Notes under the pieces: generated by a model
What the model was told of the DNA's origin: nothing
The model's database searches: none
The model's input: only the letters and a program-made list of their open reading frames with translations
Shown here: piece after piece, positions 10,664 through 20,526 of the stretch
Layout: the number at the start of each line of letters is the position of its first letter
Numbering within the stretch: the stretch's first letter is position 1
IMG/VR virus record: IMGVR_UViG_3300037313_001400
Coordinates: 1 to 60,349 of that record
Strand: one strand, 5' to 3'
Length of the DNA: 60,349 bases
Source: a virus
Lineage: Duplodnaviria; Caudoviricetes
Program-made: the position numbers and the translations under genes

Positions 10664-10950
10664 CTAGTTGAACATCGCGGCGGGATCAGCGTAAGCACCG
10701 CGAGTGGGCTTAGTTTTTTCGTCGTATAGGAAGCGCTCGAGAACCCGTTGCCTCTTAGCCTCGGCCTCGGATTCTGACTTCGCTTCCACACGACCGAGTT
10801 CAGCTTCGATCGATCGACCGAGGTAGCCCACCGCCTGGTCAAGGCAGTAGGCTACGTAGTCATCCTCAATGGCGAGGAGGTTACTCGGCCGGCAGTTCCA
10901 GGTCTTCGCGTCCACGTACAACCCCCAGCTTATCGGCGTGTTCGCGACGA
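10664..10950 (-). CDS. Tail assembly chaperone, frameshifted C-terminal extension
   Basis: Open +1 frame between the TAC and the tape measure (VANTPISWGLY...DPAAMFN), no obvious RBS of its own. Confidence 0.7.
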
Positions 10951-11381
10951 AACTGCTCGATGTCGGTGGTACCCCCGGTGACCACCTGGAAGATGAACAT
11001 CTTGTCCTCGTCGTCGACCTCGTCGACGTAGAGAAGTTCGGGGTCTCGCTCCACACCAGCCTGGGGCGGCAGGTGGATGGCCGGCTCGGCGACGACGAAG
11101 CACACCATCTTGTCGAAGAAGTTCATCATCTCGATGAGCTTGCCCTCGTCGGAGGCGAGCTCGGCCATCTCCTCATCGGTGGGGCCCTCAAAGCCCTTGC
11201 CCTTGTCCACCGCCTTCTGGGCGATGCTGAGGAGGCTGTTCGGCATCATGCCGGTCTTCATCAGTGTCTGCAGTCCCACCCGCTTCATGCGGATGACGTT
11301 GCCCGAGGGCAGCTCGACGATGTCGCCGAGGCTTTGCTTCTTCCAGGCTGCGATCGACGTGGGCTTGTTGCGCGCGGTCAT
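10881..11381 (-). CDS. Tail assembly chaperone
   Basis: AAAGGA RBS before MTARNKP; position between the major tail and tape measure genes. Confidence 0.8.
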   Translation of the reverse strand: MTARNKPTSIAAWKKQSLGDIVELPSGNVIRMKRVGLQTLMKTGMMPNSLLSIAQKAVDKGKGFEGPTDEEMAELASDEGKLIEMMNFFDKMVCFVVAEPAIHLPPQAGVERDPELLYVDEVDDEDKMFIFQVVTGGTTDIEQFRREHADKLGVVRGREDLELPAE

Positions 11382-11667
11382 GGCCGTCCTTTGTTTCGAT
11401 GGTTTTTTGTGCCCTGCCTCGGTGAGGTGCCGTACCCCACATTCACTTTTTGTATGTTGATTAAGAGGGGCAAATGCAGTGAGCTGCATGCCCTCTTAAC
11501 AACAACAAAAAAATGTAGGGGTGGCATCACCTCGGCAACATGATTTTTTAGACTTTTTAGACTTCGCCCTTTTCTGCCCGTAACATTCCAAATCGGACAT
11601 TAGGTGCGCAATCATGCCGTAACATTGTGTATCGCCCAATGCTCGGCTAGCTTGGTGTGGAGGGGTG

Positions 11668-12213
11668 TTACGGGCCGAGGGTGATGGCCGTGGTGGTCTC
11701 GTTCTGGATGAACTCGAAGAGCTTCGAGTTGTCGAGCCGGCCGTAGCCCTTGCCGCCCGCCTTGGTCAGGTAGAAGGCGCCGTTCTCGAACTTGCCGTCG
11801 AGGTCACCGTCAGCCTTGCAGCGGTAGACGATGGCGTGCATGTCGCCGCCGCTGTCGGAGATGGCCTGGCCCTCCACCTCGAAGTAGGGCCGGCCCTGGG
11901 TGGTGAGCTTGGTGTAGGTCTTCTTGGTGCTCGGCGTGGTACCGGTGGTCGTGACGGTGCCGCCGGCGATGATCGAGTAGGCCTCCAGCGAGATGCCGCC
12001 GCCCTCGAGTTCCCACTCCACCTTCGGCTCGTAGTCATGGGCCGCGACGATGATGTCGTCACCCATGAGCTCCTCGGCCTTCACCGTCTGCTTGAAGCTG
12101 AAGGTTCGGGAGGCGGGGAGGTCCACACCCGGGCTGACTCGGGCGCCCGAAGCGTCGAGGGCGAAGAGGACTACGTCACGCAGACCGAACGGCAGAGAGC
12201 TGCCCAGTGCCAT
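11668..12213 (-). CDS. Major tail (tube) protein
   Basis: LPFGLRDV start, EELMGDD, RPYFEVEGQAISDSGGD; highly biased codons. Confidence 0.85.
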   Translation of the reverse strand: MALGSSLPFGLRDVVLFALDASGARVSPGVDLPASRTFSFKQTVKAEELMGDDIIVAAHDYEPKVEWELEGGGISLEAYSIIAGGTVTTTGTTPSTKKTYTKLTTQGRPYFEVEGQAISDSGGDMHAIVYRCKADGDLDGKFENGAFYLTKAGGKGYGRLDNSKLFEFIQNETTTAITLGP

Positions 12214-12403
12214 GGTCGTTCCTTTCCTTGGGTGGCTCGGCGAACTTTGCCGTGCCCGTCATCTGTCCTGTGGTCAGGTCGAAGGTGTGGAGGATCACTA
12301 CCCCTCGCCTGGCTCCGCAGCTGCGGCGACCGCACTTAACTTCCAGGAGGTTGTCTTCCAGGAGCTTGGCGTGCATGGTTCCACCGCATCGGAGTTCATG
12401 CAT
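12176..12403 (-). CDS. Small Cys/His protein of the tail region
   Basis: ELRC...H...EVKCGRRSC...HTFDL. Confidence 0.55.
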   Translation of the reverse strand: MHELRCGGTMHAKLLEDNLLEVKCGRRSCGARRGVVILHTFDLTTGQMTGTAKFAEPPKERNDHGTGQLSAVRSA

Positions 12404-12523
12404 CGAAGCTCCCAATCGGTCCCAGAATGATGATGTATCGCCCCATGCCTAATTCATCCTGCTAGTGGGTGCCCATCGATCAGCACCCTCTCCAGGAATC
12501 GTTAGAGAGCGATTATGCGCCCG

Positions 12524-12760
12524 CTATTCGGCCGGCTCGTCAAAGCTGAACGGCAGCGGGGCATCCGTGGTCATGGTCGTGGTGACCTTCACGAACTCGT
12601 CGCTGAGGTGGTCGAGGATGGCCTGACCCTCGGCGTCGATGATGTCGGTCGGTGTCCATCGGGCGAAGATGATGTGCTCGCCGGGGTTGACTCCCCACTT
12701 CTGGAAGTCCTCCGGGAACAGCTCGCGGAAGTGGGAGAAGCCGATGTACTTGATGACCAT
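12524..12760 (-). CDS. Hypothetical virion-region protein
   Basis: GAGG RBS, phage-like codon bias. Confidence 0.65.
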   Translation of the reverse strand: MVIKYIGFSHFRELFPEDFQKWGVNPGEHIIFARWTPTDIIDAEGQAILDHLSDEFVKVTTTMTTDAPLPFSFDEPAE

Positions 12761-12762
12761 GG

Positions 12763-13161
12763 TTACCTCGCTTGGATGAGTTGGAACCGCATGTAGCGGA
12801 AGTAAGTCTGTAGTAGCTCATCCTGAAGATCCTGGCTGGTCTCCAGATAAACTACTTCGATCAGGTCTGCGGGCTTGGAGCCGTTGATCAGGGCATCCTT
12901 GATCAGAGGCATGAGCTCATCGATCGGGCCATAGTCACCCTGGTCCACATGAACATAGACCGAGAGGAACTGCCGATTGGGTCGAAAGCCCCCACTGCGA
13001 TAGTCGAACAGTCCCTCATCGGTGTTGTTACCGAAGTGGTGAACGAGGTATGGCTTGACCATCTGCGATGTGATAATAGACCCTTGTTGGAAAACACGAT
13101 CGGAGATGCCGGCAACGGTCTTCAGCTGGCTGTGAACGTAAGCTCGAGATGCGCTAGTCAT
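12763..13161 (-). CDS. Tail terminator
   Basis: Synteny; DRVFQ...KPYLV...RFQ pattern. Confidence 0.65.
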   Translation of the reverse strand: MTSASRAYVHSQLKTVAGISDRVFQQGSIITSQMVKPYLVHHFGNNTDEGLFDYRSGGFRPNRQFLSVYVHVDQGDYGPIDELMPLIKDALINGSKPADLIEVVYLETSQDLQDELLQTYFRYMRFQLIQAR

Positions 13162-13516
13162 CGGCGTAGTCCACCTCGGTCGATTCCTGAAGACCAGTAC
13201 CGATGCGAGCCGAGTAGATCTCAAGCGTCGGCATGATGATGGCGAACCGGCCGTTCTGGATAGTCTCGAGAGGCAGACCATAGTCGACCTGGTGGTATAG
13301 ATCCCACACGATGGTCTCGCCCTCCCACTCGACCGAGGTATCCAAACCCGATCGAGCTTGGCCGGTGCGGTCGTTCCAGGGGGCATTGGCCTTGGCATAT
13401 TCGAGGGCCTCCACGGCGACCTCGAGAACCTTATGCTCCAGGTGTTCGGGGATCCGAATAGCTGCGAGGGCCAGCCCAGCGTTGAAGCTGTTCTTGATCT
13501 CGATGCCGTCGCTCAT
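13154..13516 (-). CDS. HK97 gp10-like neck protein
   Basis: AKANAPWNDRTGQARSGL motif. Confidence 0.8.
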   Translation of the reverse strand: MSDGIEIKNSFNAGLALAAIRIPEHLEHKVLEVAVEALEYAKANAPWNDRTGQARSGLDTSVEWEGETIVWDLYHQVDYGLPLETIQNGRFAIIMPTLEIYSARIGTGLQESTEVDYADD

Positions 13517-13917
13517 ACCCAAGTCACCCCCGCCTCATCCAAAGCGATCAGCTGAGCGACCTTGCGATCGGTGTGGACCTCATCATCCGTATGGGGTTCC
13601 AGACCCTGTACTCGGTAGAAAGCCCCGTCGAGGATGAACTCATCCATACGTTGAATGTTGCTATTATAGTACCCTACAAGAACGTACGGCAGAAGGGGAA
13701 CTTCACCCACTGAGGTCGTTGTCGTGAGGTCGGTGAGTCGACGCTTGTAAGGTACGAGTCGGAAGGTCTGGGGGGGCTGCGCCACGTAATTGCCCTTGAC
13801 GTAGCCCCCCGTTGGGGTGGTCGAGAAGGTGGGCCGACGAAGAACAATGCTCCGACCGTCGGCCCTGATGAACTCCGCCATGACCCTACGCAGGGCGGCG
13901 GTCATGGTGGTGTCCAT
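13513..13917 (-). CDS. Head-to-tail stopper
   Basis: Synteny and beta-rich pattern. Confidence 0.65.
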   Translation of the reverse strand: MDTTMTAALRRVMAEFIRADGRSIVLRRPTFSTTPTGGYVKGNYVAQPPQTFRLVPYKRRLTDLTTTTSVGEVPLLPYVLVGYYNSNIQRMDEFILDGAFYRVQGLEPHTDDEVHTDRKVAQLIALDEAGVTWV

Positions 13918-14246
13918 TAGCGGTACCTCCTCCTGATCCTTCCCAAAGTGGTTCGACCCTCAGTAGCCCCCGAACGAGAGGACTCGAAGTGCTTCACCAT
14001 GGCCATGGCCTGGGGCTGCAGGTCAGACATGGCTCGCGAAGCATTGCCCTCGGTGACGTCGACCATGGAGGCCGCCGCAGCAGCCTTCCATCGCCAGACC
14101 TCGGCGGCAGCCCGTTCCGGATTGCCGGCAGCCCCATCGAGAGCGGACTGCAGTTGATCGTTGCTGAACTGAGGCTGACTTCCGTCAGTCGGCTCAGGAT
14201 CGTTGATGTAGAGCCTCAGCAACTCAAGGGTGGTGGGGACGGCCAT
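13917..14246 (-). CDS. Head-to-tail adaptor
   Basis: LRLYIND...FSNDQL...AAAEVW...VDVTEG. Confidence 0.75.
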   Translation of the reverse strand: MAVPTTLELLRLYINDPEPTDGSQPQFSNDQLQSALDGAAGNPERAAAEVWRWKAAAAASMVDVTEGNASRAMSDLQPQAMAMVKHFESSRSGATEGRTTLGRIRRRYR

Positions 14247-14572
14247 CAGGCCTCCTTGGCGTCATCCTCACGCAGACGAGCAACCAGCTCGTCCTTCTTA
14301 CCCTCGATGCTCAGCTCACGGGTGATGAGCTCGTTACGCAGCTCCTGGTTGGTCCAGGCCTCGTACTCGGGGATCTCGTCCTCCGATTCCTGCTCGACCT
14401 CCTCGTCCGAGGTCGGGGTGCCGTGCTTGGCGATCCAGTACTCCCGGATCCGCTGATCCTGCCAGATCGGGTTGTTGCTGGCGTACTCGCCGTCCTCACC
14501 CATCCGGAAGACCACGAGCTCGTCGACGATCTCATCCATCGGGTTCTTCTTCTTCACCATGTTGGCCTCCAT
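14246..14572 (-). CDS. SAP-domain protein
   Basis: YEAWTNQELRNELITRELSIEGKKDELVARL is a SAP-like motif. Confidence 0.7.
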   Translation of the reverse strand: MEANMVKKKNPMDEIVDELVVFRMGEDGEYASNNPIWQDQRIREYWIAKHGTPTSDEEVEQESEDEIPEYEAWTNQELRNELITRELSIEGKKDELVARLREDDAKEA

Positions 14573-14575
14573 TCG

Positions 14576-14610
14576 GGCCCGCCGGCATCACTCTTCCACA
14601 CCAGCGGGCC
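14576..14610 (-). terminator. Hairpin after the major capsid gene
   Basis: GGCCCGCCGG...CCAGCGGGCC. Confidence 0.45.
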
Positions 14611-14618
14611 AAGCTTCA

Positions 14619-15803
14619 TCAGACGTACTGGGTCGGCGTGGTGTAGGTCGCGTTGTTGGTGACCTGAACGAGGTAGCCGGAACCCCGCTGGCGGATGCCC
14701 GTACCGAAGCCCCGGGTGTAGAACGAGTCGACCAGGGGGTAGTCGGAGCGAGCGCCCGGGATGAGCTTCAGACCCCGCTGGGTACCGTTGATGTGCTCAC
14801 GGATGCCGACCGGGTTCTTGATGTTGTTGGAGCCACCGGAGGCGAGGAAGACGAGGTAACCCGGAACGAGGTAGCCGGGGCGCTCGATGATCTTCCAGGG
14901 GCCATAGGTGCCGATCTGGTACGGCAGCTCACCCTGCGGACGGTTGATGATACCGCCGTTCTGGGGCAGGTAGATACCACCACCGTAGTTCGAGCCCGGC
15001 ATGAAGTCGTACTTCGCGCCGTTCAGGACCCGGAAGCCACGGATGATCGAACCCTCCTGCGGGTTGACCATGAGGATCAGCTCGGTGCCGTTGAGGTTCG
15101 GCGTGTTGCCGTGCTTGTAGAAGTCGAGCTCGACGGCATCCAGCGTCGCCGAGGTCAGCGTCGCCGAGCTGGCCAGCGTCTGGGTGGTGGAGTAGTGGGT
15201 GTGGGTACCCACGAAGGTGTTACCCTCGTAGGGCGGCGGAACCTCACCGTCACCGTTGTAGAACTTGTAGACGGTGGAGGGCAGGTTCTTGTCCGCGATG
15301 CCCTGGAGGTTGAGCGGGTTGTACAGGGTCTTCATGACCTTGTTGAAGAGCAGACGGTTGTCCGCCTCCAGGGCCTCGTTCGCGAGCATGCGGATCTGCT
15401 CGCCGCCGGCCTCGGCGAGGAAGCGGTAGGTGAACCGCTGCGCCAGGTCGTAGAACTTGAAGTCGTAGCCCCGGTTGAACCACGAGTAGCCGCCGCCACC
15501 GCGAGGCTGGCCGAACTCCGAGGCCTCCTCGAAGTCGGTCGAGCCCGGCGTACCCACGTTCTCGACGGTGTCGGTGGTACGGTAGCTGAACTGGGAGATG
15601 AGGTCGTTTCGCTCACCGTTCCAGCGGGCCAGCGTCTCCTGGATCTCGCTGAAGATCTCGAAGAGGTCGGTGCCATCCGCCGCCTGGACGAGGATGTCGG
15701 CAGCCTGGCTGTAGCCGCCGAGGCCCTTGGCCCCCGGACCCTGATCGTAACCGATGATCGGCCCCGACGCCAGCAGTGCGGCGAGAGAAGAGGTCTTACG
15801 CAT
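14619..15803 (-). CDS. Major capsid protein
   Basis: 394 aa, strong codon bias, follows the scaffold and decoration genes; FEEASEFGQP motif. Confidence 0.85.
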   Translation of the reverse strand: MRKTSSLAALLASGPIIGYDQGPGAKGLGGYSQAADILVQAADGTDLFEIFSEIQETLARWNGERNDLISQFSYRTTDTVENVGTPGSTDFEEASEFGQPRGGGGYSWFNRGYDFKFYDLAQRFTYRFLAEAGGEQIRMLANEALEADNRLLFNKVMKTLYNPLNLQGIADKNLPSTVYKFYNGDGEVPPPYEGNTFVGTHTHYSTTQTLASSATLTSATLDAVELDFYKHGNTPNLNGTELILMVNPQEGSIIRGFRVLNGAKYDFMPGSNYGGGIYLPQNGGIINRPQGELPYQIGTYGPWKIIERPGYLVPGYLVFLASGGSNNIKNPVGIREHINGTQRGLKLIPGARSDYPLVDSFYTRGFGTGIRQRGSGYLVQVTNNATYTTPTQYV

Positions 15804-15835
15804 GGTGTGGAAGTCCTTCCTTGGTAGTGGTTCGA

Positions 15836-16285
15836 TCAGCCCTGGTACGGCGCGAACCGAACCACCAGGCGGTCGGCTTCGACGGTGTGACCGACCTTCC
15901 AGCTGTTGGTGCCAGCCGCCGGGGGGGTCGCCGTCAGCGAACCGTCGGCCGCCGCGAAGTAGGTCGTGCCGGCGACGAGGCCGGAGACACCGACGATCTC
16001 ACCGTGGGTCATGACGTCGACGACGTCGCCCGCCTTGCCACCCATCGGGACAGCGGCGTTGATCTGGCCCGGGATATTGGCCATGCCCGGGTACATGGGC
16101 ACCGACTTGCAGAGGATTCCCACACCCCCCGACTGACCAGCGGTACCGACGACCACCTTGCCGGTGGTGTTCAGAGAGACGGCCTTGGGGCCGAAGTTGC
16201 CCGCCGCGTCGAAGGTGAGGTCAGCGTTGAGAGGCGCTCGGAACCCACCGGCGATCGGCTCGTACTTGTCGTAACGGCCAGCCAT
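15836..16285 (-). CDS. Capsid decoration protein
   Basis: RYDKYEPIAGGFRA start, AGDVVDVMTHGEI; lies between scaffold and MCP. Confidence 0.7.
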   Translation of the reverse strand: MAGRYDKYEPIAGGFRAPLNADLTFDAAGNFGPKAVSLNTTGKVVVGTAGQSGGVGILCKSVPMYPGMANIPGQINAAVPMGGKAGDVVDVMTHGEIVGVSGLVAGTTYFAAADGSLTATPPAAGTNSWKVGHTVEADRLVVRFAPYQG

Positions 16286-16299
16286 GGTTGCTTACCTTT

Positions 16300-17010
16300 C
16301 TAGAGCCCGCGCAGGGCGGGGTACTTGCTGCTGAGTTCGGCGGCCCGGTCGCCGCCACTACCCTTGGAACCACCACTGAAGGTGGAGCCGCTCTTGCCGC
16401 CCGTCTGTCGCTGGTTGCCCGCGTTCTCGACGTAGTGCGGCTTGGCGGCCGCGAGTGCCTTGACTCGGCGAGCGAGTTCGTCGGTGTCGACCGTGACCTT
16501 GGTCGGGTCATCCGCATCCTGCTCGAAGGGCAGGTCACGGAGCACCTCCCGGCGGAGGGCGTCGGACGGGTCACGGAACTTGGCTGCGGTGGCGACCTTG
16601 AGGACCTCGGCTTCGATCGCCGTGTCACGGTAACCATCGGCCATCTTCTGGAGCTTGGCCGAGAGGTTGCCGTTGTCATCGGCGAGTCGCTGGATCTCGG
16701 TCTTCTCCTGGTCCTCCTGGGCCTTCTTGGCCTCACGGAACTCCCGGAGCTCCTTCTCCAGAGCCTTGCGCTGGTTGCGCTCATTGCTCAGGGCCGACTT
16801 GAGCCCGGAGACATCTTCCCCGGCCTTGGCGCCCTCACCGGTCGAGTTACCCTCGCCCTGGCCGCCCGTCGATCCCTGACCCTCCCCAGAGCTACCCTGG
16901 CCGGTGCTCTGGCCATCGCCCGAGCTGCCGGCCCCCTCACCCGATCCGCCTTCGTCGAAGCCGACGATGGGGGAGGTCAGGTTGAGCCACCACTGCTTGT
17001 TCACTCGCAT
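16300..17010 (-). CDS. Scaffolding protein
   Basis: Gly-rich N-terminus, coiled coil LKSALSNER, KPHY, ends KYPAL. Confidence 0.85.
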   Translation of the reverse strand: MRVNKQWWLNLTSPIVGFDEGGSGEGAGSSGDGQSTGQGSSGEGQGSTGGQGEGNSTGEGAKAGEDVSGLKSALSNERNQRKALEKELREFREAKKAQEDQEKTEIQRLADDNGNLSAKLQKMADGYRDTAIEAEVLKVATAAKFRDPSDALRREVLRDLPFEQDADDPTKVTVDTDELARRVKALAAAKPHYVENAGNQRQTGGKSGSTFSGGSKGSGGDRAAELSSKYPALRGL

Positions 17011-17043
17011 CTCGCGGTTCCTTCGGTAGGAGGGCCTCTCGCC

Positions 17044-18780
17044 CTACTTGGTTGACTTCACGGCCGTCGGCTTCCCGCCTCGGGCTTGCTTGGCAATGGA
17101 CTGATTAGCCTCGGTCCCCGAGGACTCATTCGGTCGATTGCGGTTGTTGCTCTGGTTAACCACGATCTTCTTAGCGGTTACCTGACCCGGCTGATTCGGG
17201 TTAGGGGGCACCGCCTTAGAACCATTCGCGGCATCCATAGCATTCTGCTGCAGGCCCGGCGGGGCCATGGCAGCCTTCTGCTCGGCTTCCTTCTGATTCT
17301 CGTCATCGATCTGAGACTCGATGTCGTCGGGGAAGGAATAGCCAAGTTCTTGCATCTCAGCACGATAGTACTTGCGCGAGATGACCCCCCGGTCGAGCAT
17401 GTTGTTCAGCTCGTTGATCCGGGCGGTACGGTCAGTCGGGAGCTTATCCCCGATCTTGACCTCGATCTTCTCGGTGAAGGTCTCACCCTCGTAGGCGGTC
17501 CACCAGTTCTTCCAGTCGAAGAAGAGCTGGGTAAGGCGGTCCACACCAGCCTTGTCTCGCTCATCGAGCTTGGCAAGGGTAGGCATGAACTTGATGGCGA
17601 GGGCGATACCCGACTGGGCGGTCTGAACATCCACCCGACCGAGGGCGACGTCGGACAACCCGCCGGCTTCGCGGATCTTCGACTCGAGGTACTCGGTGTG
17701 GTCCAGGTTGGGCGTTACCGAGGTGATACCCTCGACCTTACGGAAGTAAGATCCCGCAGGTACCTCGGCCACGAAACCTGGATAGACCTCCCAGTCGATA
17801 TCCTTGCCTGTGCTGTCGGTGGGCCGGCCGCCATCGGTAGCGTACAAGCCCAGTCCCAGCAGGCTCAGAGCGGTCGACTGGTCGGTGGTACCCTGGCTGA
17901 TGCCCTTCGAGATGAATTCGAAGCCCCTCAGCTCAGAGAAGCCGTAGGGTTCATCGTCCCAGGAGAGGTTATTGAACCAGTACACCGGGATGGTGTCGAT
18001 GGGCTCGGGCAGCGGCTCGGCCTCCAGAGTGGTCTTAACCAGCTTACGTTCACTGGCCTTCCACCACGACTGGTCCTGGGACCAGAGACATTCCCGCCGC
18101 CATACCTTGCGAGTACCCTGGTCACCGTCGAAGCCCCGGCCTATCTCATCGGCCTCCGCCTCGGGATCGGGCAACTCTGCCTCGTCATCGCCCTTGTACC
18201 AATACATCAGCTCACGGACGACCTCAACCCCCTTCGCAGCCTCCAACTCATCAGGGTGTGGAATGAGGTCGACGAGGTGCGCACGGATGATCCGAGTGCA
18301 GTCGTCCGGGTCGGTGTCCAGGATGACCTTGGCCGGATGCAGCGGTGTCAGCGAGATTCGCTTGCCAGCGGGCTTGCTGGGATCCGCCGTCATGTGAATG
18401 GCGTAGTCGCCCCGGGCCACCCCTCGGTGCTTGTTGGCGTGGAAACGGGAGTAGAACATCTCCCGATCCAGGAAAGCCTCGAGCACCTTGCCCATCTTAG
18501 AACCAGAGGCCTTCTCGGAAGTAACTGAGAGACCCTTGAGGTAGTAATGGGCGGTGGTGTCGACCAGGGTTCTCGGGTTGGGAACGAAGATCGGTGTCTC
18601 TTCGGCCATCACCCGGAGGGGGTACTGAAGCTGATCATTCCAGTACAACTGGTCGTACTTGGCGTAGGCCTGAGCCCTTTCCCGAGCCTCCGGGGGCAGG
18701 TAGGGGTAGAGGTCATCCACACCACCCAGACTGATCGGGTTCCAATATGGGCTGCGGTGGTTCGGAACTACGGGAGCCAT
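17044..18780 (-). CDS. Portal protein (SPP1-like)
   Basis: Follows TerL; AQSGIALAIKF motif. Confidence 0.9.
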   Translation of the reverse strand: MAPVVPNHRSPYWNPISLGGVDDLYPYLPPEARERAQAYAKYDQLYWNDQLQYPLRVMAEETPIFVPNPRTLVDTTAHYYLKGLSVTSEKASGSKMGKVLEAFLDREMFYSRFHANKHRGVARGDYAIHMTADPSKPAGKRISLTPLHPAKVILDTDPDDCTRIIRAHLVDLIPHPDELEAAKGVEVVRELMYWYKGDDEAELPDPEAEADEIGRGFDGDQGTRKVWRRECLWSQDQSWWKASERKLVKTTLEAEPLPEPIDTIPVYWFNNLSWDDEPYGFSELRGFEFISKGISQGTTDQSTALSLLGLGLYATDGGRPTDSTGKDIDWEVYPGFVAEVPAGSYFRKVEGITSVTPNLDHTEYLESKIREAGGLSDVALGRVDVQTAQSGIALAIKFMPTLAKLDERDKAGVDRLTQLFFDWKNWWTAYEGETFTEKIEVKIGDKLPTDRTARINELNNMLDRGVISRKYYRAEMQELGYSFPDDIESQIDDENQKEAEQKAAMAPPGLQQNAMDAANGSKAVPPNPNQPGQVTAKKIVVNQSNNRNRPNESSGTEANQSIAKQARGGKPTAVKSTK

Positions 18781-18783
18781 GGT

Positions 18784-20196
18784 TTACCTCCTTCCCCGAC
18801 TTCGGTTGGTACGGATACTGGATTTCCTTGCGCGGCGGGCATCGGAGCGAGGCTCCATGTAGCCCTTGAAGAATCGACCCAGTGCCTCGGGACCGTGGTT
18901 GTCTTTGTCCATCGGCAGTTCTGAGTCGTTCTTACTATCAGTCTTGCGTTCGGGCCATCGATAACCCTCGCGCATCTCCCAGATGAGCTTGGTGCAGCTG
19001 CGGTCGATGAACAACCAGGGCAACTTCTCGGGATGCCCATCCGGGAGGTGTGGGGGCTTCAGTTTGAGCGCTGATCGGATCAGAGAGAGCCTCGTCCTGA
19101 GTTCGCCACCCGTGTTGAGGTAGGTCGGCACATCGAGTGTGCGTCGAAGGATCTGAGCGTCATCCGGGGCAGCGGGATCGGGGTAAATGCCGATCAGCTT
19201 TCGGGTCAGCGGATGATCCTTCAGTTCTACCCGAGCGATATCCTCGGTATCACGGAGGTTGTATCGCTCTTCCCCGATGACGTATACTCGCCCCTCGGGG
19301 TCGACTTGGATCCATAGCCAGACCCAGTCGTTGGTGTAACCGAAGTCGACCGCAGCATACAGCGGCCAAGCTCGGTTGTATTCTAGGTCGGCGATGTGGT
19401 CATCGTCGTCCCATTCCTTCATGACTCGACCAATGTTGTCGACGAATTCAGCCCCGTACTGCCGGCGGAACTCGTCCTCGGTCAGGTCATCCCGAGCTTC
19501 GACGATCTCGGGGTCGTATCGCCCACCCGGGAAGACGACATCATTCGTCCAGGAGGGCATCTGAATGGACCACCACGACTTCTTCGTGGGGTCCTGGCCT
19601 CGGTTGAAGAGGGAGTACAGCAGAGAAGTCTCGGCTGCACCCTCGGGCACGCCAGAGGTGAAACTCCAGCCTCGCTTGTCAGAAAGCGCCGGGCGGACGT
19701 AGTCACCCCACATCTTGCGCTTGTGTCGACCGCCCTCAACGATGAGAACGAAGTCGAGTCCCTCACCAACCAGGCTTTCGGGGTGTCGGGCCGAGCGGCA
19801 CTGAAGATCGAAACCCCATTTGGTCTGGATGTGCATGTTACCACTGTCAACGTTATTGGAGAAACGGTTGGACAGCGATTCCACACCCAGCGCACGCAGC
19901 GAGTCGTAGATGACTCGGAACTCCTTCTCGCAGTCCGTGTACTCAGGACCGATGATCCAGCCGATCTGAGGCTGGCCGAGAAAGTTCTTGAGGAAGGCCA
20001 TGGTCTCGGCCTCCTTGGCCCCGCACAGGGTCTTGCCCCAGCGACGACCATTAACCAGCACCCGGTGACGGGTACCGTTGTAGTGAACCACCCGCTGACC
20101 AGCGTGCGGCATGTAGCCGGTTTCCTGGAAGTAGAGGTCCTTACGGAAGACCTTGCCCTGAGGCAGCACCAGGCCCGACTTAGTCCTAGTAGCCAT
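18784..20196 (-). CDS. terL: Terminase large subunit
   Basis: GRRWGKT Walker A, LVGEGLDFVLIVE, FRRQYGAEF, AVDFGYTN, DKDNHGPEAL. Confidence 0.95.
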   Translation of the reverse strand: MATRTKSGLVLPQGKVFRKDLYFQETGYMPHAGQRVVHYNGTRHRVLVNGRRWGKTLCGAKEAETMAFLKNFLGQPQIGWIIGPEYTDCEKEFRVIYDSLRALGVESLSNRFSNNVDSGNMHIQTKWGFDLQCRSARHPESLVGEGLDFVLIVEGGRHKRKMWGDYVRPALSDKRGWSFTSGVPEGAAETSLLYSLFNRGQDPTKKSWWSIQMPSWTNDVVFPGGRYDPEIVEARDDLTEDEFRRQYGAEFVDNIGRVMKEWDDDDHIADLEYNRAWPLYAAVDFGYTNDWVWLWIQVDPEGRVYVIGEERYNLRDTEDIARVELKDHPLTRKLIGIYPDPAAPDDAQILRRTLDVPTYLNTGGELRTRLSLIRSALKLKPPHLPDGHPEKLPWLFIDRSCTKLIWEMREGYRWPERKTDSKNDSELPMDKDNHGPEALGRFFKGYMEPRSDARRARKSSIRTNRSRGRR

Positions 20197-20515
20197 CTTC
20201 GATGTACTCCTCGGGCCAGCCCTCGACCTCGTACTGGGCTCGAGGGGGTTGACCAGTGTTGAGCAGCCAGTTCGGCGGTCGGTTGCTAGCTGGCTTAAGG
20301 CCCAGCATCTGCCGGCGATCCTCAGCACTCATCTCGGTCGTCTGAAGAGTATCGCTGATATCACCGACGAGGTAAGTGAGCCGAAGTTCCTCGCCGGCGG
20401 TGAGGGCATCGCTGCCCTTGGGCTGAATGGTGTTCTTGGAGTAGGTACCACCGAACTCCGACCCCTCACGCTGCGCGGGTGTGTAACGCGCATACTTATC
20501 TGCCCCGTAGGTCAT
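20186..20515 (-). CDS. Hypothetical protein
   Basis: AAGGAGG RBS. Confidence 0.7.
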   Translation of the reverse strand: MTYGADKYARYTPAQREGSEFGGTYSKNTIQPKGSDALTAGEELRLTYLVGDISDTLQTTEMSAEDRRQMLGLKPASNRPPNWLLNTGQPPRAQYEVEGWPEEYIEDGY

Positions 20516-20526
20516 GGTACCTCCTT

